From Macrostomum lignano (Eukaryota), in the NCBI GenBank assembly GCA_002269645.1, contig NIVC01000099.1, positions 434,001-498,000 on the forward strand: a stretch of DNA of 64,000 bases, given 5' to 3'. This document shows, one piece after another, positions 33,828 through 48,994 of this stretch. The stretch's first letter is position 1; each line of letters starts with the position of its first letter. The notes beneath the pieces are model-generated. The model saw only the letters and a program-made list of their open reading frames with translations. It was not told the origin of the DNA and did not search any database. The position numbers and the translations under genes were made by a program.

Positions 33828-36800
33828 GTGGCCCAAATTCTGAGGAGAAAGACCAAGTGCTAGAACCAGTAACTGTAAATGTAAACTGTATGTCAACTAA
33901 TGTTATGTATGTTTCTACTAAATTCTTTGGCAAAAATATTCCATGTCTAATAGATACTGGTGCTTCAGCTACAATCATAAATTCAAGTTTAATTAACAAG
34001 TCAAAGTACCAAGTAAGAGCTTCTAATGTCAAATTACAAGCTGCAAATGGTAAACAGCTTTCTGTATTAGGAGAAACGACAATCAAATTTAATTTTGGAG
34101 ATATTGTCTGTCAGCAAGAAGTCATCATCTGCAAAGACATTCAGCATTCAGTAATCCTAGGATGTGATTTCTTTACTAATTTCAATGTATCTATTCATCC
34201 AGCAGAAGGCATGATCACATTTAATAATCAGAACAGAAGTTTCCCAACTAGAAAAACAACAGAAGTTCAGAGAAGCTGCAAGATCATCGCAACTGAAACT
34301 GTCCAGCTAAAACCAGGACAAGCAGCAACTATTTCCATTGCACCAAAGATGTCAACTCAGTCAATGGCACCAGGACTAGTCCAGTCGAACAAAAGAATCC
34401 CAGGACTCTTGGCTGCTAGAACTGTTGATTTAATAAAGAATGAAGGCATGTACATCAATATTATCAACTCGAACTCGAACAGAGACCTGACCATCAAGAA
34501 AGGTTCGTTAGTTGGTTCCTTCACCCCTCTAGATTGCAGAGGAGAGACCTGCATTGTCGTCGAAGAAGTAGCAGATAAATCCGAGTCTGGTAGCAAAGAA
34601 GAGACTGAAGATGCAGAGAAAACATTCAAAATTTCTCCAGATCTCACAGAAGCTGAAAGGAAATCTGTTAGTGACATCCTAGATGAGTACAGCGACATAT
34701 TTTCAAGAGATGGCAAGCTTGGTCGAACTGCTTTACTGAAACACTCGATAAATACTGGCACAGCAATGCCTGTCAGAGAGACATTAAGGAGAGCAGCACT
34801 GCCAACCATCGAGGAGCAGGAGAAGTTGATTCAACAAATGCTTGATGATAAAGTCATTCAGCCGTCAACATCACCGTGGGCTGCACCTGTCATTCTGGTG
34901 AAAAAGAAGGACGGAAGCTCTCGTTTTTGCATTGATTTTAGAAAACTGAATGCTGCAACTAAACCTGATGCATTCCCTGTGCCAAGAATCGACGACATGC
35001 TAGATGCTTTAGCAGATAACGTTTACTTTTCTGCATTAGACTTGCAAGCAGGCTACTGGCAAGTAGAAATGGAAGAAAAAGATCGCGAGAAAACCGCATT
35101 TGTCTGTCACCATGGACTCTTTGAATTTAATGTTATGCCCTTTGGCTTACGCAATGCACCATCAACTTTTCAAAGACTCATCCAGATGGTTCTTCAAGGC
35201 TTAAATTGGGAAGCATGTCTAGCTTACATCGATGATGTTATTGTTATGGGTAAAACGTTAGATATTCACAACGAGAGACTCAAACAAGTTTTTGGACGAT
35301 TAAGAGCAGCAAATCTTCGTCTTAAACCTAGTAAGTGCAATTTTGCTGCCAAGTCGCTGAAGATTTTAGGTCATGTGATAACGCCTCAAGGAATAGCAGT
35401 AGACGATGAGAAGATTGATTCTATTAAGAGATGGCCAACACCAACGAATCAGAAAGATGTCAGAAGTTTCCTAGGCCTGTCATCATATTACAGACGATTC
35501 ATTAAAGACTATTCAAAGATTTCCGAGCCCTTAAGAGTGCTGACAACTGATAAGAAATTCATCTGGACCGACGAGGCAGAGCAAAGTTTCATTCGCCTTA
35601 AGTCCGCCTTAACATCGGCACCTATCTTAGCATTGCCAATAATGACAGGCGAAGACTCCGAATTTGTGCTAGATACTGATGCTAGCGACATTGCCATAGG
35701 ATGCGTTTTATCACAGCAACAGAATGGCGAAGAAAAAGTGATTGCCTATGGAAGTCGAGTGCTCAGCACCGCCGAAAAGAATTACTGCGTGACTCGCCGA
35801 GAACTACTAGCAGTAGTCTAGTTTGTTAAAAAGTTTAGGTCATATCTAGCGCCAAAGAAGTTTACAATCAGGGTAGATCACCAGGCGTTGACCTGCTTAC
35901 TACAGTTCAAAGAACCTAATGGCCAATTAGCTCGATGGATCGAATCTCCTCAGGAGTTCAACTTCGAGATACTCTACCGGCCAGGTAAACTGCATTCCAA
36001 CGCAGACGCTTTATCACGCAGGTGTACAAGACCGTGCGAATCTTGTCGACCTAGCAAAGCAATTTCAGATGCAGAATGTCAAACTGACGAAGATCAGACT
36101 GTCGCAGCTGTTTTGTCTAGAAGGAAACAAACGCTGGTTCCAAGGAAGTCCGAAAGTGAGGACGAAAGTGAGTTAATAGACGAAGCTGAGCAGAGTGAGA
36201 CTGAAGAGGAGCCGAGTATGCGTGCACTGCAGTTACAGGATCCAGGAATTGGACCAGTATTTCGGAAGCTAGCCAATGGAAAAACAGCGTTTGAAACTGG
36301 AGAACGAGATAGAATGTCACCAGAAAGTTTGAGCCTTATGTCCAAAGCCGACGAATTGTGCTTCGTTAACGGCGTAATGCATTATTTATTCAAGACTAAG
36401 CCTGTTCTAGTACTGCCGCAGTGTAAACGAGAAAGCTTCATTAAAGAAATTCATGAGTTAGGTCACTTTAGTGTCGAAAAGACAAGAACATCTGTCAGGA
36501 AGCGTGCCTACTGGCCAAAATTAGCCCTGGATGTTGAACTATTTGTCAGGTCATGCATTCCGTGTCAAAGATCTAGGCCAACATCAATCACTCGAGGCCC
36601 TCTGCAGCCGATAGCTACAGGATTTCCTATGCATCGCATTGGAATCGACATAGTAAAAGTGGCTACCTCGAGGCAAGGCAATAATCGATTGCTTACGATA
36701 GTCGACTACTTCACTAAGTGGGCCGAATTAATACCAATTCCTGACGAAAGGGCGAACACCGTTGCGAAGGCAATATTCGACGTGTGGATATCGAGATGGG

Positions 36801-37576
36801 GAGCACCGCATATCATTCACTCCGATCGGGGTAGCAACGTAGACGGCAAAGTCATCAAGAGTCTCTGCAAAATATTTGACATTCAAAAAACTCGCACTAC
36901 CTATTTCCATCCTCAGTGTGACGGTCTTGTGGAAAGATTCCATAGAACATTGCACAGCGTGCTACGATGCTACCTGCAAACGGTGGAACCCGAAGACTGG
37001 CAAGATGTTATTCCTTATTGCCTTCTGGCCTATCGAAGCACCGTCCACAGCAGTACCGGCTTTACGCCTCATTTCCTGATGACTGGGCGAGAAGTTACGC
37101 TTCCTCTTGATATTGTATATCGACTGGCTGAGCCGGCCAGCACTGCTGTAACTTTCGCCAGCTCCACGAAAGAGTCTCTATTGAAAGCATTTGAAGCTGT
37201 GAGAGAGTCTGTTGATTTAGCACAGCGCCGCCAGAAGAGATATTATGATGGAAAGTCCAAGAAAAAAGGGTTCAAGGTTGGATCATTGGTCTGGATTTTT
37301 ATCCCACCATCTGTCCTACGGCAGCGTGAACCTCGCTGGTCTGTCAAACACCACGCTCCGTGGACTGGACCTTTCCGCGTCACCCGGAAGTTGACCAGCC
37401 TGACCTATGAAGTGAAGTCGATTGACGAACATCAGAAAGTAAAGATCGTAAATGTAGAGAAGATGAAACGCTACATTGAGCCGCGTAGACAAGAAGGGTT
37501 GTGGCAAGACGAAGAGGCTGACGAAAGAGAACAAGAACCAGAAGAAAGCGTCGAAGAGGAATGGGTCATTGTGTAG
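33743..37576 (+). pseudogene. pol: pol of element B with in-frame TAG at 35819-35821 (RNase H)
   Basis: LIDTGA, YIDD, DTDASD, then ELLAVV*FVKKFRSYL continuing in frame into RNase H and integrase (HHCC, DDE, GPF). Confidence 0.92.
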
Positions 37577-40500
37577 AACCGACTGTCATTAAGAAACAGA
37601 TCTCGCGCGTAATTGCACCAATCACGACTTTGTGGCCACTTCATGGTAAATTCCTGGAACTAATCATGGTTAATCTACTAATAATTATTGGATTTGATCC
37701 ATTGGACTAACTAGAACTATCATCTGATTATGATGGAATACTGGTAACTGGACTTACTAATTACTGTCTGATGGACTACTGGTAACTGGACTGACTAATT
37801 ACTGCTTGATGGACTGACGGATAACTACCTAAGGGACTGATGGACTACTACACTTAACTACCGTGCAATAATTGTCCTGGAGACAGACTGTGAGCATTTT
37901 AACACTGATATTAATGAAGCCATGTTAAACGCTATTAGATTCGCAACTTGATTCAAATACTGACTGGTTGTTTCCTAATAATGCAATTTTCGTATTTGGT
38001 AAATAGTAAATTTTGCGTGTTATTACACTGTTCCTATTGTTCAATTGCAGGGTGCTCGATTGCTTGAATTTTTGCTTCGCGCATTTGTGAAATCGTTTTA
38101 TCCGTCGAACTTTTAGTCGTACATATTTTTTAAAAAAAAAATACAAATATTTTTTTCAAAAAAAATACAAATATTTTTTTTGTTATTGGATTTTCAATTT
38201 TCCCCAATATTGTGACAAAACATTAAAAAAAATATCTGTTGCATATGCTTTCGCTATCGAATTGTTGTCGCAGAGGTGTACTGTAATTTTCGATCGTTCA
38301 CGTCTTTCTGCAACTGTAATGGTCTGAAACTGTTATTTCGTTCGAAACATTCATCATTTTATCGTTCGTAATTTAGGCATAATTTAACTCGTTGACAAGT
38401 ACCGTAATAATTTGCTTCTCTTAAACATTTCATCTGTCAGTGTTAGAATTTTGTCGTCTGTGCATTCGTTTCGGCGTTCTGTTGCATACGTTCGAATTGA
38501 TGTTCTCGTGACAGTTTCGATTTGTTGTGCTATCATGCATAATCATCAGCTTTAATACATTTTTTGAAGTGGTTTAAAGTTTTTCCTGCTCTTTTTGCCG
38601 GCATTCTTGTTGTGCAAATCGATGTCAGAATCAACGCTCGCGCCGTGTCCAATGTACCTCTGCCTTCCGTGCGGTCGTGCTGGTGGCTCTGTCAGTAAGA
38701 TTATAACTGTATTAGTATTGCAAGCATGACGACCTTGCGTCTCTAGGAATTTTTTTCTTCCTTCAGGGTACACTCGGTATGCATGTTTCCTCAACTTTTA
38801 ATGTAAAATTATCACTGTTTTTCTGTACCCACTTTCATACCGTACGAGTATTAGCAACAAAGCACATCGAAATTTTCAATGTTCTACTGACGCAGATTTC
38901 TGAAGTAGTATGTATCGAGTTTTCTTAACGGTAACAATGAGGGCATTGTTTTTCTGGAGGGGGGGTAATGTAAAGTATTTTATGTATCAATTAAATATCC
39001 GCACTTTTTATGATGTGTCCGGCATTCTTAAATATTATTGTGTTGTTGTTTAGTTAGTAGTTATTCAGTAGTGAGTTCTATTTCCGCGATTCTTACTGTA
39101 CGTACTTTACTACTATTGTTTTACTGTATGCTAATTCCTATCGTATTTCAAACGCGAATGCGCTGTGTTTTGGTGTTGTGCTTCTGTGCGCCGTAGTAGT
39201 TGTAGTCGTAGGGTTGCATAGCCGTTCCAAAGTTCCAGTCGATCCAGTTTTAATTCAATAATAGATATAGACATTATTTAGAATATATATTAATTACTTT
39301 GACTACATAGATTGTTCAGATACGAATACAAATATATAAATGAAAATGATTTAAGGCGCATTGCACCCACAAGCCAAGAACGCATTCGTTCATTCATCTG
39401 TCATCACAACAAAAATAAGGCGATTCTTTGAATTATTGGACTTCAAGAAACTTAGTTTACAAAAGCTGAAATTAAAAAGACCGCCAAAACGTGACAAAAC
39501 ATATTAACGAGGATTTACGATTAGGTATAGTAGATGACAGTAGACCAAGCCTTAAAACTTCATGAGTTCGTCAACCAAATGTTTTCTGCATCAGCTCTGA
39601 CTTCGTTCGTTACTGGCCTTCAGTGAGATGAAGCTTTTGGACATTCAACAGGTGACTATGGACAAACGCTGTTGCAGGGGACATCAAATTTAGTTCCAAA
39701 GTGGCAGTGATGTATTAGAGCGGTGCTTTCGCTGTCGGATCCCTCTATTGGACCGGCAATTAGTCGAAAATGCCATCTCTCTATGTCTCACTTGACCACA
39801 AGGGGTTAATATGGGATAAATAGGGATCTTATTTCAACTTACGAGTAAGGCTCCAGCTGGAAGTGCGAATTGTACCACGCAGATGCACCAGATGTACGTA
39901 AACTGTTCGAGAGCTGCGCTTTCGCTTTTAGGTTAATAAGTTGAACTTAAGGCACCTAAAATTCACTTAAAATTACTGTTGCAATCTGCGTGTAGGTAGT
40001 ATTTTCTGTCTAGTGCACAGTAGTAGCTATATCATGTTTTTTGCGCAAATTTTACTTGGTTTTAAAAAGTTATTTTTTATCTCAAGTTTTTTTGCATGGC
40101 AGTGAATTCAATGTACTTTTTTTAAAGAAAGACCATTTCTGTGTAAAAGTTCGGTTTAGTTCAAAGTTTCATAAACTAAACAACTTGTCCAATAAAACTT
40201 TTATGCATTGCTTGTATAGGTAGCAGGCAGCAGCGATCGAGTTGGAAAAACCTTACGCTCGTAGAGAGTATTTTAAGACAGAGAGAGTCTATTGTAGCGC
40301 TTAAAGGAAAACTCGACCTTCTGGCAAAATTGTTAACTATACATGTATCTCGACGGTCAAGGAAGGCTGACGACTCGGTTCTTTGTTTGAGATGGTTTGC
40401 AACAAAAAGTTAACCTGTATTCTCAACTCTCATGGGCCTTTCGATCGTTGCTCCATATTTTGCGCAGCAGAAGAAATTGCCAGGGGTTGTCAGAAATTGT

Positions 40501-41635
40501 CGTAATTGTGACTAATTGGTATGCGGTATTCCGACTGTTAATAAAAACCTGCACCCTGTGACGCACGTTAAATATATTTGTCTTCATCTCTTCACTCCTG
40601 AATTTTGATATTTAGTACAGGAAAGCAATTAAAAACTTTGAATCATCGGTCTGATCATCTTATCTTTCATGAGCAGCTTCTATTAAGGATCTAAGGATTA
40701 AAAGCACTCCGCCCCAGCTCAACATTCAGACAGCCGATGAAGAAGCCATTTGTGCATAGCTACTGTACTCGTAGCTGCATTATAAATGCATACATTAGCT
40801 ACTGCAGACGCGAGATCTGAGTCAAAGTAAATAATGCAACGCTGCATGCCCAGCTTTGATTCTTGGCACTGTCTTTAATGCTTTTATTGTGATTTTTTAG
40901 CGAAAGCAGCTTGGCTCAACACTGCAAAGATCGGGAATGGAAATGATCACAACTCAGCTTTGGATTTTTTGCATCTTCTGGCGTCTTTGAAGTGCCACCG
41001 GGATTGAAGCCAGTTCAGTTCTAGAAGCCTCAGAAAAAGATTACTAATTAATCTGGAGTCATTCGCCTCCAACCATTTGCATCCATTCTATCTCAAGCAG
41101 CACGGCTTCTCTAGTCAAAGAGTTTGATTTCAAACAGCTCGTCTTACTCTTAGGCAATCATGTTATTAAGTGGGACCAATTTGATCACAGGGCCTTAGCA
41201 TATTTTTCGTCGCTTGTACGACTTGATGGCTTGATTGGTGGCGGTATAAATGAGTCTTTTGCTGAAGGTAATAGGATAAACTACTTGTATTAGATTATGT
41301 ACTTTTAAAGAAACTAACTAATACGCTCGCAGATACAATGTTGAGCTGGGAGGGATGGGCAGCTCATTCAGGCAGTCATGGGAATTTGCTGCCCAGACTG
41401 CACTGCTGAGTTGGAAAAATTGACAGACATGTTAGAAAGATTAACGGTTGCCGGAAACAACAGACTGCAGAAGTTTCATTGTGTTTACCTTTACTCAAGT
41501 CATGGCTTTTATATTTTAGTAAAAGCAGACAAACACCGTGTGGGACTAAACAAGACAATGATATAGGTAGAATTAAATATGCTCACAGTTGAAAAGGGCC
41601 AAATGAAGAAACTCCGGGATAATTTAAGCGGCTGA

Positions 41636-41924
41636 TAATAATAATAATTGATTACACCTGCCTTAATCAGCAGATGTGCAGCAGAATGAAGGCTGCGTAA
41701 GGCGCTGTTCTGTCCAAGGACTGGGGTGGGGGGGGGGTCGCCACACACCCTCAATTACCCCAGTCCCCAGCTAATGCTGGCACCCATTTTTACAGCTGGG
41801 TGAACTGAAGCAATGCAGAGTTAAGTGTCTTGCTCAAGGACACAAATAGTTCCAGTAGGATCGGGAATCGAACCCCCGACCTTCAAGTCGTAAGTTCGAC
41901 GCTTTATCTACTGTAGGCTACAAC
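41636..41924 (-). mobile_element. tRNA-derived SINE (copy 3)
   Basis: Homologous to the copies at 5284 and 18305: B box GGTTCGATTCCC, GTGTCCTTGAGCAAGACACTT, (ATT)n tail. Confidence 0.85.
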
Positions 41925-42734
41925 CCCTTTAAAAGCGGATGAGCAAAATCACCAAGTAAGCTTGAAACCTCTTGACAAAAATTCAATAGCTAGCAGCAGA
42001 CAGTTACATCCTAGAAATAATGGCAGCTACGTTCATCACCGTGAAATCCAACTTTCATTCGAAGTTGTAGTCACAGTCTTAGAAAGAAAATATCAAATAT
42101 TTCCTTGAAAGGAAATGGCTTATTAAAAGTTTCTTTATCCCATTCTACTATTGGACCGGTAATTATCGTAGTACGACTAATTAAAAATCCCATTTTTCCA
42201 TGTTATCCCAACCAGGACTGAGTGAGATGTAGCTTGATACTGACGACTGAAGTGAGTGAGACGCTAATATGTTAGGATCCAATTGACAACCCATTTTGGG
42301 TCTTTAATTTTTTTGACGAGCTGATCCCAATAGTAAAAACTGTATAACGGTATTTAAGATATGCATGCGCACAAAATATCAGGTAGTAGAAATGGTTGCA
42401 TTGATACGGGTATACCATGTAATGCACGCTTGTAACATTATGAACATTTATTGTGCTAAGCTGTATTTTATAAGTTAAAGAGAACCGACTTTCATCTGCT
42501 TGAAAGCGACCTCATATGTTCGATTGAAATTATACAGGCTGAACAATGTCATTTTATTATTATAAAGGAACGCCACATCTGTAGACAGAATTCCTGCCTA
42601 GCAAAGACACCATCGTTTAGAAAAAGACGTCAGTTCATGTAGTTGATAATGACGTCACATGATAGATAAGAATGCTTACTGTCATATTTTGTAGTTGTAA
42701 CCAAATGTTAACCAATGGTGCCATCTGATAGATC

Positions 42735-43135
42735 TCACCTATCACCGTTTCCTTTGATACAACGTGAGTTCAGCGGAATCGATTCTTTGACGTCTTCGTC
42801 GGCTCCGTCGAGGCGTCGCTGTGCATCGAACTGATCAGCGGTCTGCATCGTCTGCAGAGCCATGGAGCTGCCATCGTTGCGGCCCCGTCGGGAGCCAGCA
42901 GCGGAGCAGCACAGCAGCTTCTGCAGCCGGTTGCCCAGCGGCGTGACTCTGAAGGCGCTCCGGAATTCGCTGTTGATGGCGAAGTAGGCCAGTGCGGAGG
43001 CCGCCATGCCACTCTTGGCCATCAGCAGCGCTAGGGTGGACAGCACCCGGTACAGTCGGCCTTCGAGATGCAACAAACCGGCGAAGCTGCTGACTGCCAT
43101 AGCAGAATAGGGCGTCCAGCACAGTAAGAAGGCGC
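42735..43135 (-). CDS. Divergent opsin, exon 4 (TM6, TM7 with retinal Lys, C-tail)
   Basis: CAG|GC acceptor completes the Gly begun in exon 3. AFLLCWTPYS...LALLMAKSGMAASALAYFAINSEFR contains the K296 equivalent. TGA at 42735-42737. Confidence 0.9.
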
Positions 43136-45069
43136 CTGGAGTGATGTAGGGATTGGCGAATACTGGAGTTGGTGCAGTGCAACTTCTGAGGTGCTGGATG
43201 AATCCTTGTACATATGCATTAAAGCTTCCGAGATGGGAAATGGCCAACCCCCAACAGAGAGCCCAGTGGTCAAGACTTAGCATTGCTCATTTTCTTAAAC
43301 TTAAGGTGCAGTCAGTCAGCGCTCTCGGCTAACTTTGAAATCTACTCCAACGCCCGTCGCCGAGAGGCTTTCGAGCTTTTCCAATTGCTTTTCCAGGCGC
43401 AATAAGTGCAGGGATCTGCAGTTTTTGCACCTGCTGAACTTTGCCCTGACTCTGATTGACTGTTATTCGGACCAGACTCTCTCATCTTCGACCACACACG
43501 CCTCCTGAGCGGCGGAAACCCTACGTTCTGAGCGGTCCGTCGGTTGTCCAGGGCCAGCGGAATGGGTGCTGGCCGCTTTCAGCTGCGTCTTTTGGCATCG
43601 ACACGGACTCACCTGGGCCGTCTCTCAGAGCGCCCTGCAGAAGGCCAAACAGAGCCCCAGCTTCAGAGTGTCTGCATGAGTGTCTCTTCCAATAGCGTCT
43701 TCCAGAGTACACCGCAGAAGCCTCAGAGTCACCAGCCACCCCCTCAGCCTCAGCTATGGAGAATTCTGTTAAATATTCCCTCTCGTGACACCGCTCTAAA
43801 ATATAGAAAAGTAAGCCCGATTTTCTCATAGACAGCGTACTTAAATTAGCAATTTTTTTCACTACAGCTGGCTTCACGGCTCTCACGAAGAAACTCGCAG
43901 CGCGATCGAAGCAAGCACGCCACGGAAACCATAAGACGGCGTTGCTTTATAACTCGCCTGCACTTGAAAAACACGTTATGAATTCAAACCTTTTTTGGTA
44001 CGCCTTATTTTGCCAGCCATATTGATCGATTGAAGCTCGAAAGCTGCAAGCGTTCCGTTGTTCATGCCACGACAGAGCTTGGAATTCGACCCATGAGAGA
44101 GGGTGTGGAAGAGGGAACGATAATTTAAGGAACACCACTAAGCTATAAGACGGGGTTCTAAGGCATAAATTCTGCCAAGTTTAGCATCAACTAGAGCGAA
44201 GGTTTTACTTTGGCTTAGGTTTTACCCATGGGGATCGATATGTCTACCCAACCTATTCCAATGCTCAGCATCGACAACCTAAGAATTTGAATGCTACAAA
44301 CAATCTCTCTGACTGTTTTAGCTCTCTTAGAGCGCCAAAATTTAGTTTTTAAATTAAGTCTACTTCGTGCACAGACTCTCTGTATGCAAGTCTTAACTTA
44401 TCAAGAAGCAACTTGGTTTTAATAGGGGATTAAGACCATCATCGTTTGCAGCTTTAGTGCAATCCTGAAGCGAGACTGAGGCATATGGCGCATAGGCCTC
44501 TCGAAGCCATTATTTCAAATTCAAATTGTCCAACAGAATTGAGCAGAAAGGTACGTCGTATAAACGTAGCCTTTAAAGTAGCTTTTAAAAGAAAAATAAC
44601 TTCTTTTTCTTGTTTCATGACAACAATAGCGGCCTCTTCCAGTCTTTAAAAAGTTCCAGCCCAATCCTCCTGGCAGCACTATCCTGCTCAGTTTGAGGAG
44701 CATTGCTACCCCCTCTTCCAGTCAGACAGTCAGAAGTTGCAGCAAGTCAAGCAAAACGTAGCTACCTGCAGTCCTTGATCACTGCCAATAATTACAGGCA
44801 CTAACTGCCGTGGATGCGCGCTCATTGTCTTGTCAATGTCATCGACACGGCGCCTTGCGTTACTTTTTAAGCGCGAAAGAGGATTCAAGAGCGCTCATCT
44901 GTTCATCTGCCTGGAATACCAAGCATTGTAATAACTGCTCCAAGTCTCCGTGTCCGTATCCGACATTACACGAGCTATTTTACTGTTTCAGTCAGGTATG
45001 TCCGCTATTAAGAAACAATGGAAAAGGCAGGCGCTACATTAGATGGAGAACTAACCGGTATTTTAGGTA

Positions 45070-45850
45070 CTGTTGGGTGCTGTTAGTGTTGTTGGGTGCT
45101 GTTGGGTGCTGTTGGGTGGTGTTGGGTGCTGTTGGTGTTGTTGGGTGCTGTTGGGTGCTGTTGGGTGGTGTTGGGTGCTGTTGGTGTTGTTGGGTGCTGT
45201 TGGGTGCTGTTGGTGTTGTTGGGTGCTGTTGGGTGCTGTTGGGTGCTGTTGGGTGCTGTTGGTGTTGTTGGGTGCTGTTGGGTGCTGTTGGTGTTGTTGG
45301 GTGCTGTTGGGTGCTGTTGGGTGCTGTTGGGTGCTGTTGTGTGCTGTTGGTGTTGTTGGGTGCTGTTGGGTGTTGTTGGGTGCTGTTGGGTGCTGTTGGG
45401 TGCTGTTGGGTGCTGTTGTGCTGTTGGGTGCTGTTGTGTGCTGTTGGTGTTGTTGGGTGCTGTTGTGCTGTTGGGTGCTGTTGTTGGTGTTGTTGGGCGC
45501 TGTTGGTGTTGTTGGGTGCTGTTGGGTGGTGTTGGGTGCTGTTGGTTCTGTTGAGTGATGTGGTGCTTTTGGGTGCTGCTATGTGCTGTTGGGTGCTGTT
45601 ATGTGCTGTTGGGTGCTGTTATGTGCTGTTGGGTGCTGTTATGTGCTGTTGGGTGCTGTTGGGTGCTGTTGGGTGCTGTTGGGTGCTGTTGGTTCTGTTG
45701 AGTGATTTGGTGCTTTTGGGTGCTGTTATGTGCTGTTGGGTGCTGTTATGTGCTGTTGGGTGCTGTTATGTGCTGTTGGGTGCTGTTATGTGCTGTTGGG
45801 TGCTGTTGGGTGCTGTTGGGTGCTGTTATGTGCTGTTGGGTGCTGTTATG
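45070..45850. repeat. 10-bp repeat (GGTGCTGTTG)n with variants
   Basis: Directly visible, opsin intron 3. Confidence 0.95.
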
Positions 45851-46468
45851 TGCTTCTAGGGTGCTTTTGGATGCTAATTGATTCAATAAGCCAAGTTTAC
45901 ATAGCATTGAAACGAGTATATTCGCCCAATAGATGTACTAGAAGGACTTTTAAAGCACGATTGAGATACCAAGTAAAGAAGCTCCTGTCTGCTGGTTGGT
46001 GCTCTATTATTTATGTAAGAAGTCCCCGTTAATGGTTGCTCTGTAAATTGGGCTGGAAATTGTCCGTCAATCTGCACAGATATGTGGTGGTAAAACTCTC
46101 AAGAGCTGCCTGAATTTCTCACTAACCAAATTCCCTTTGTTCAACTGCTCTTAGCGTTGGGTTTGCCTACCTTAAACTGAAGTAGGAAGCTGCTCAGGGA
46201 TCTCCATACTTCCAGCAGTATATCCTCAGGGCAGCTCACCCGATTTCCCACTTTGAATGCAAGATATTTTGCTTGATAACATGACTTGTTTCTTGCGCAA
46301 ACGAATCCACAATTATGGGTGTTTTGCTCTTTATTTTAAATAAATTCTTTCTTAATTCTAATTTCAAAATTATATGTATCTAATTTTTTTCCACAATTTT
46401 TGTTATTCACAGTTAATGAATTATTTATTTTAAATTACCATCCACGCAAAATGCCTTACCTTTCATGC

Positions 46469-46710
46469 GAAATGTCCTACCCGCCAAGTGAAATGTCCTA
46501 CCCGCCAGGCGAAATGTCCTACCCGCCAGGCGAAATGTCCTACCCGCCAGGAGAAATGTCCTACCCGCCAGGCGAAATGTCCTACCCGCCAGGCGAAATG
46601 TCCTACCCGCCAGGCGAAATGTCCTACCCGCCAGGCGAAATGTCCTACCCGCCAGGCGAAATGTCCTACCCGCCAGGTAAAATGTCCTACCCGCCAGGCG
46701 AAATGTCCTG
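46469..46710. repeat. 21-bp minisatellite (GAAATGTCCTACCCGCCAGGC)n
   Basis: About 11 units. Confidence 0.95.
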
Positions 46711-47328
46711 TACCCCCCAAAGCACATTTGTTCTAGGGCAAATTATCTTTGGGCAAAATGTCAGTAATTCTGCATAATGAGCTCCGGTTTTCATTACGTC
46801 AAGCAACAAAATTAGGGAAGTTCGGGTAATTTTTTAAATCCGATCGCGTCTGAAAACCGACTTTGCTGAAATTTTGCTGACGAAGTGAAATGCGCGGGCG
46901 ATGCAGCCACCCAAAGTCAGCAGCACGCAAACTAGATAAAGGCATCATGCTGACATTTATAATTTTTTGAGTCTAACATCTCTCTGTCACGGTCGTCAAC
47001 AGAGTTGAGATGAAATTGAAATTTCTGTAGCGATCGCCGTGCAGCAAGCAAGCTGCTGGACAGTCGGCATGCAGCCATCCGGCTTCTGTAATTCTACACT
47101 GACTGGCTGCTCACGCTCCCGAAATTTTGCTTTAATTACACAGAGCTATTTGCTTGCGTTTTTGCTTGAAGGCAGCTCTGCGTTAATAGCTACTCGAATC
47201 GCGTGAGCAATGTTTTGGCCTTGCAGTCTTCTTGGCTGCGACAGGAATAAATAATTTTTTGTGAGACATCTTAGCAGAGAGAAAGTAACTGTGTATACGT
47301 AGTTATAAACAATGATTTCTAAAATAGA

Positions 47329-48475
<1,147 letters not shown>

Positions 48476-48545
48476 TGGGCAAGGGTGACCCCAACACAGC
48501 CGGTCGGGCGGCCAGAGCCAGAGGCTGGCAGACGTCGCAGCTCAC

Positions 48546-48639
48546 CGATGATGGCGAGCACGTGAATGGCGAACTTCCTGTCCCTCCTGGCCTGGCTGGA
48601 GCTCGCGGCCAGCAGCCCGGAGCTGCGGTGCCGTCGGAT
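48546..48639 (-). CDS. Divergent opsin, exon 3 (ICL3 and start of TM6)
   Basis: TTGCAG|ATC...: IRRHRSSGLLAASSSQARRDRKFAIHVLAII-G|GTGAG. 94 nt, phase 0 in and phase 1 out, matching the neighbouring exons. Confidence 0.85.
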
Positions 48640-48994
48640 CTGCAATGAATTTCCGGATTGTCATCTGTTGGCTTCGGCTTGCTGACAGTTTTACGAGTAA
48701 AGTACATCTCTGACAGTCAGCCCAGTGCATCCAAAGCGGATTAGCATTTAACGCAGAATCCATGCTTGTAGCAGCTTTGGCTTCTATCTAGTCCGGAAAT
48801 TAATTGTTTCACCCCACGGAAAGTGACTCGTGCTTTGCCAGTGCAATGCATTTACAGAGGCAATTTTCGTATTCACTAAGTCACTATTTCAAATTATTGC
48901 AAAACTCCGAATAACAAATTTTTGTATGGTGAATCTGGAATCCTAACTTCAACTGACCATCGTTCTCATCCACTCAACGGAATTAAAATTTTAT

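Larger units (their letters stand above)
25565..39461 (+). mobile_element. Ty3/Gypsy LTR retrotransposon B (outer)
   Basis: 493-bp LTRs: the 5' LTR is split (25565-25580 plus 31721-32197) and the 3' LTR is 38969-39461. TG..CA ends, TSD AAAG (25561-64 and 39462-65), PBS TGGCGACCACGCCAG at 32199, PPT at 38956-38965, gag and pol with PR-RT-RH-IN order. Confidence 0.95.
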
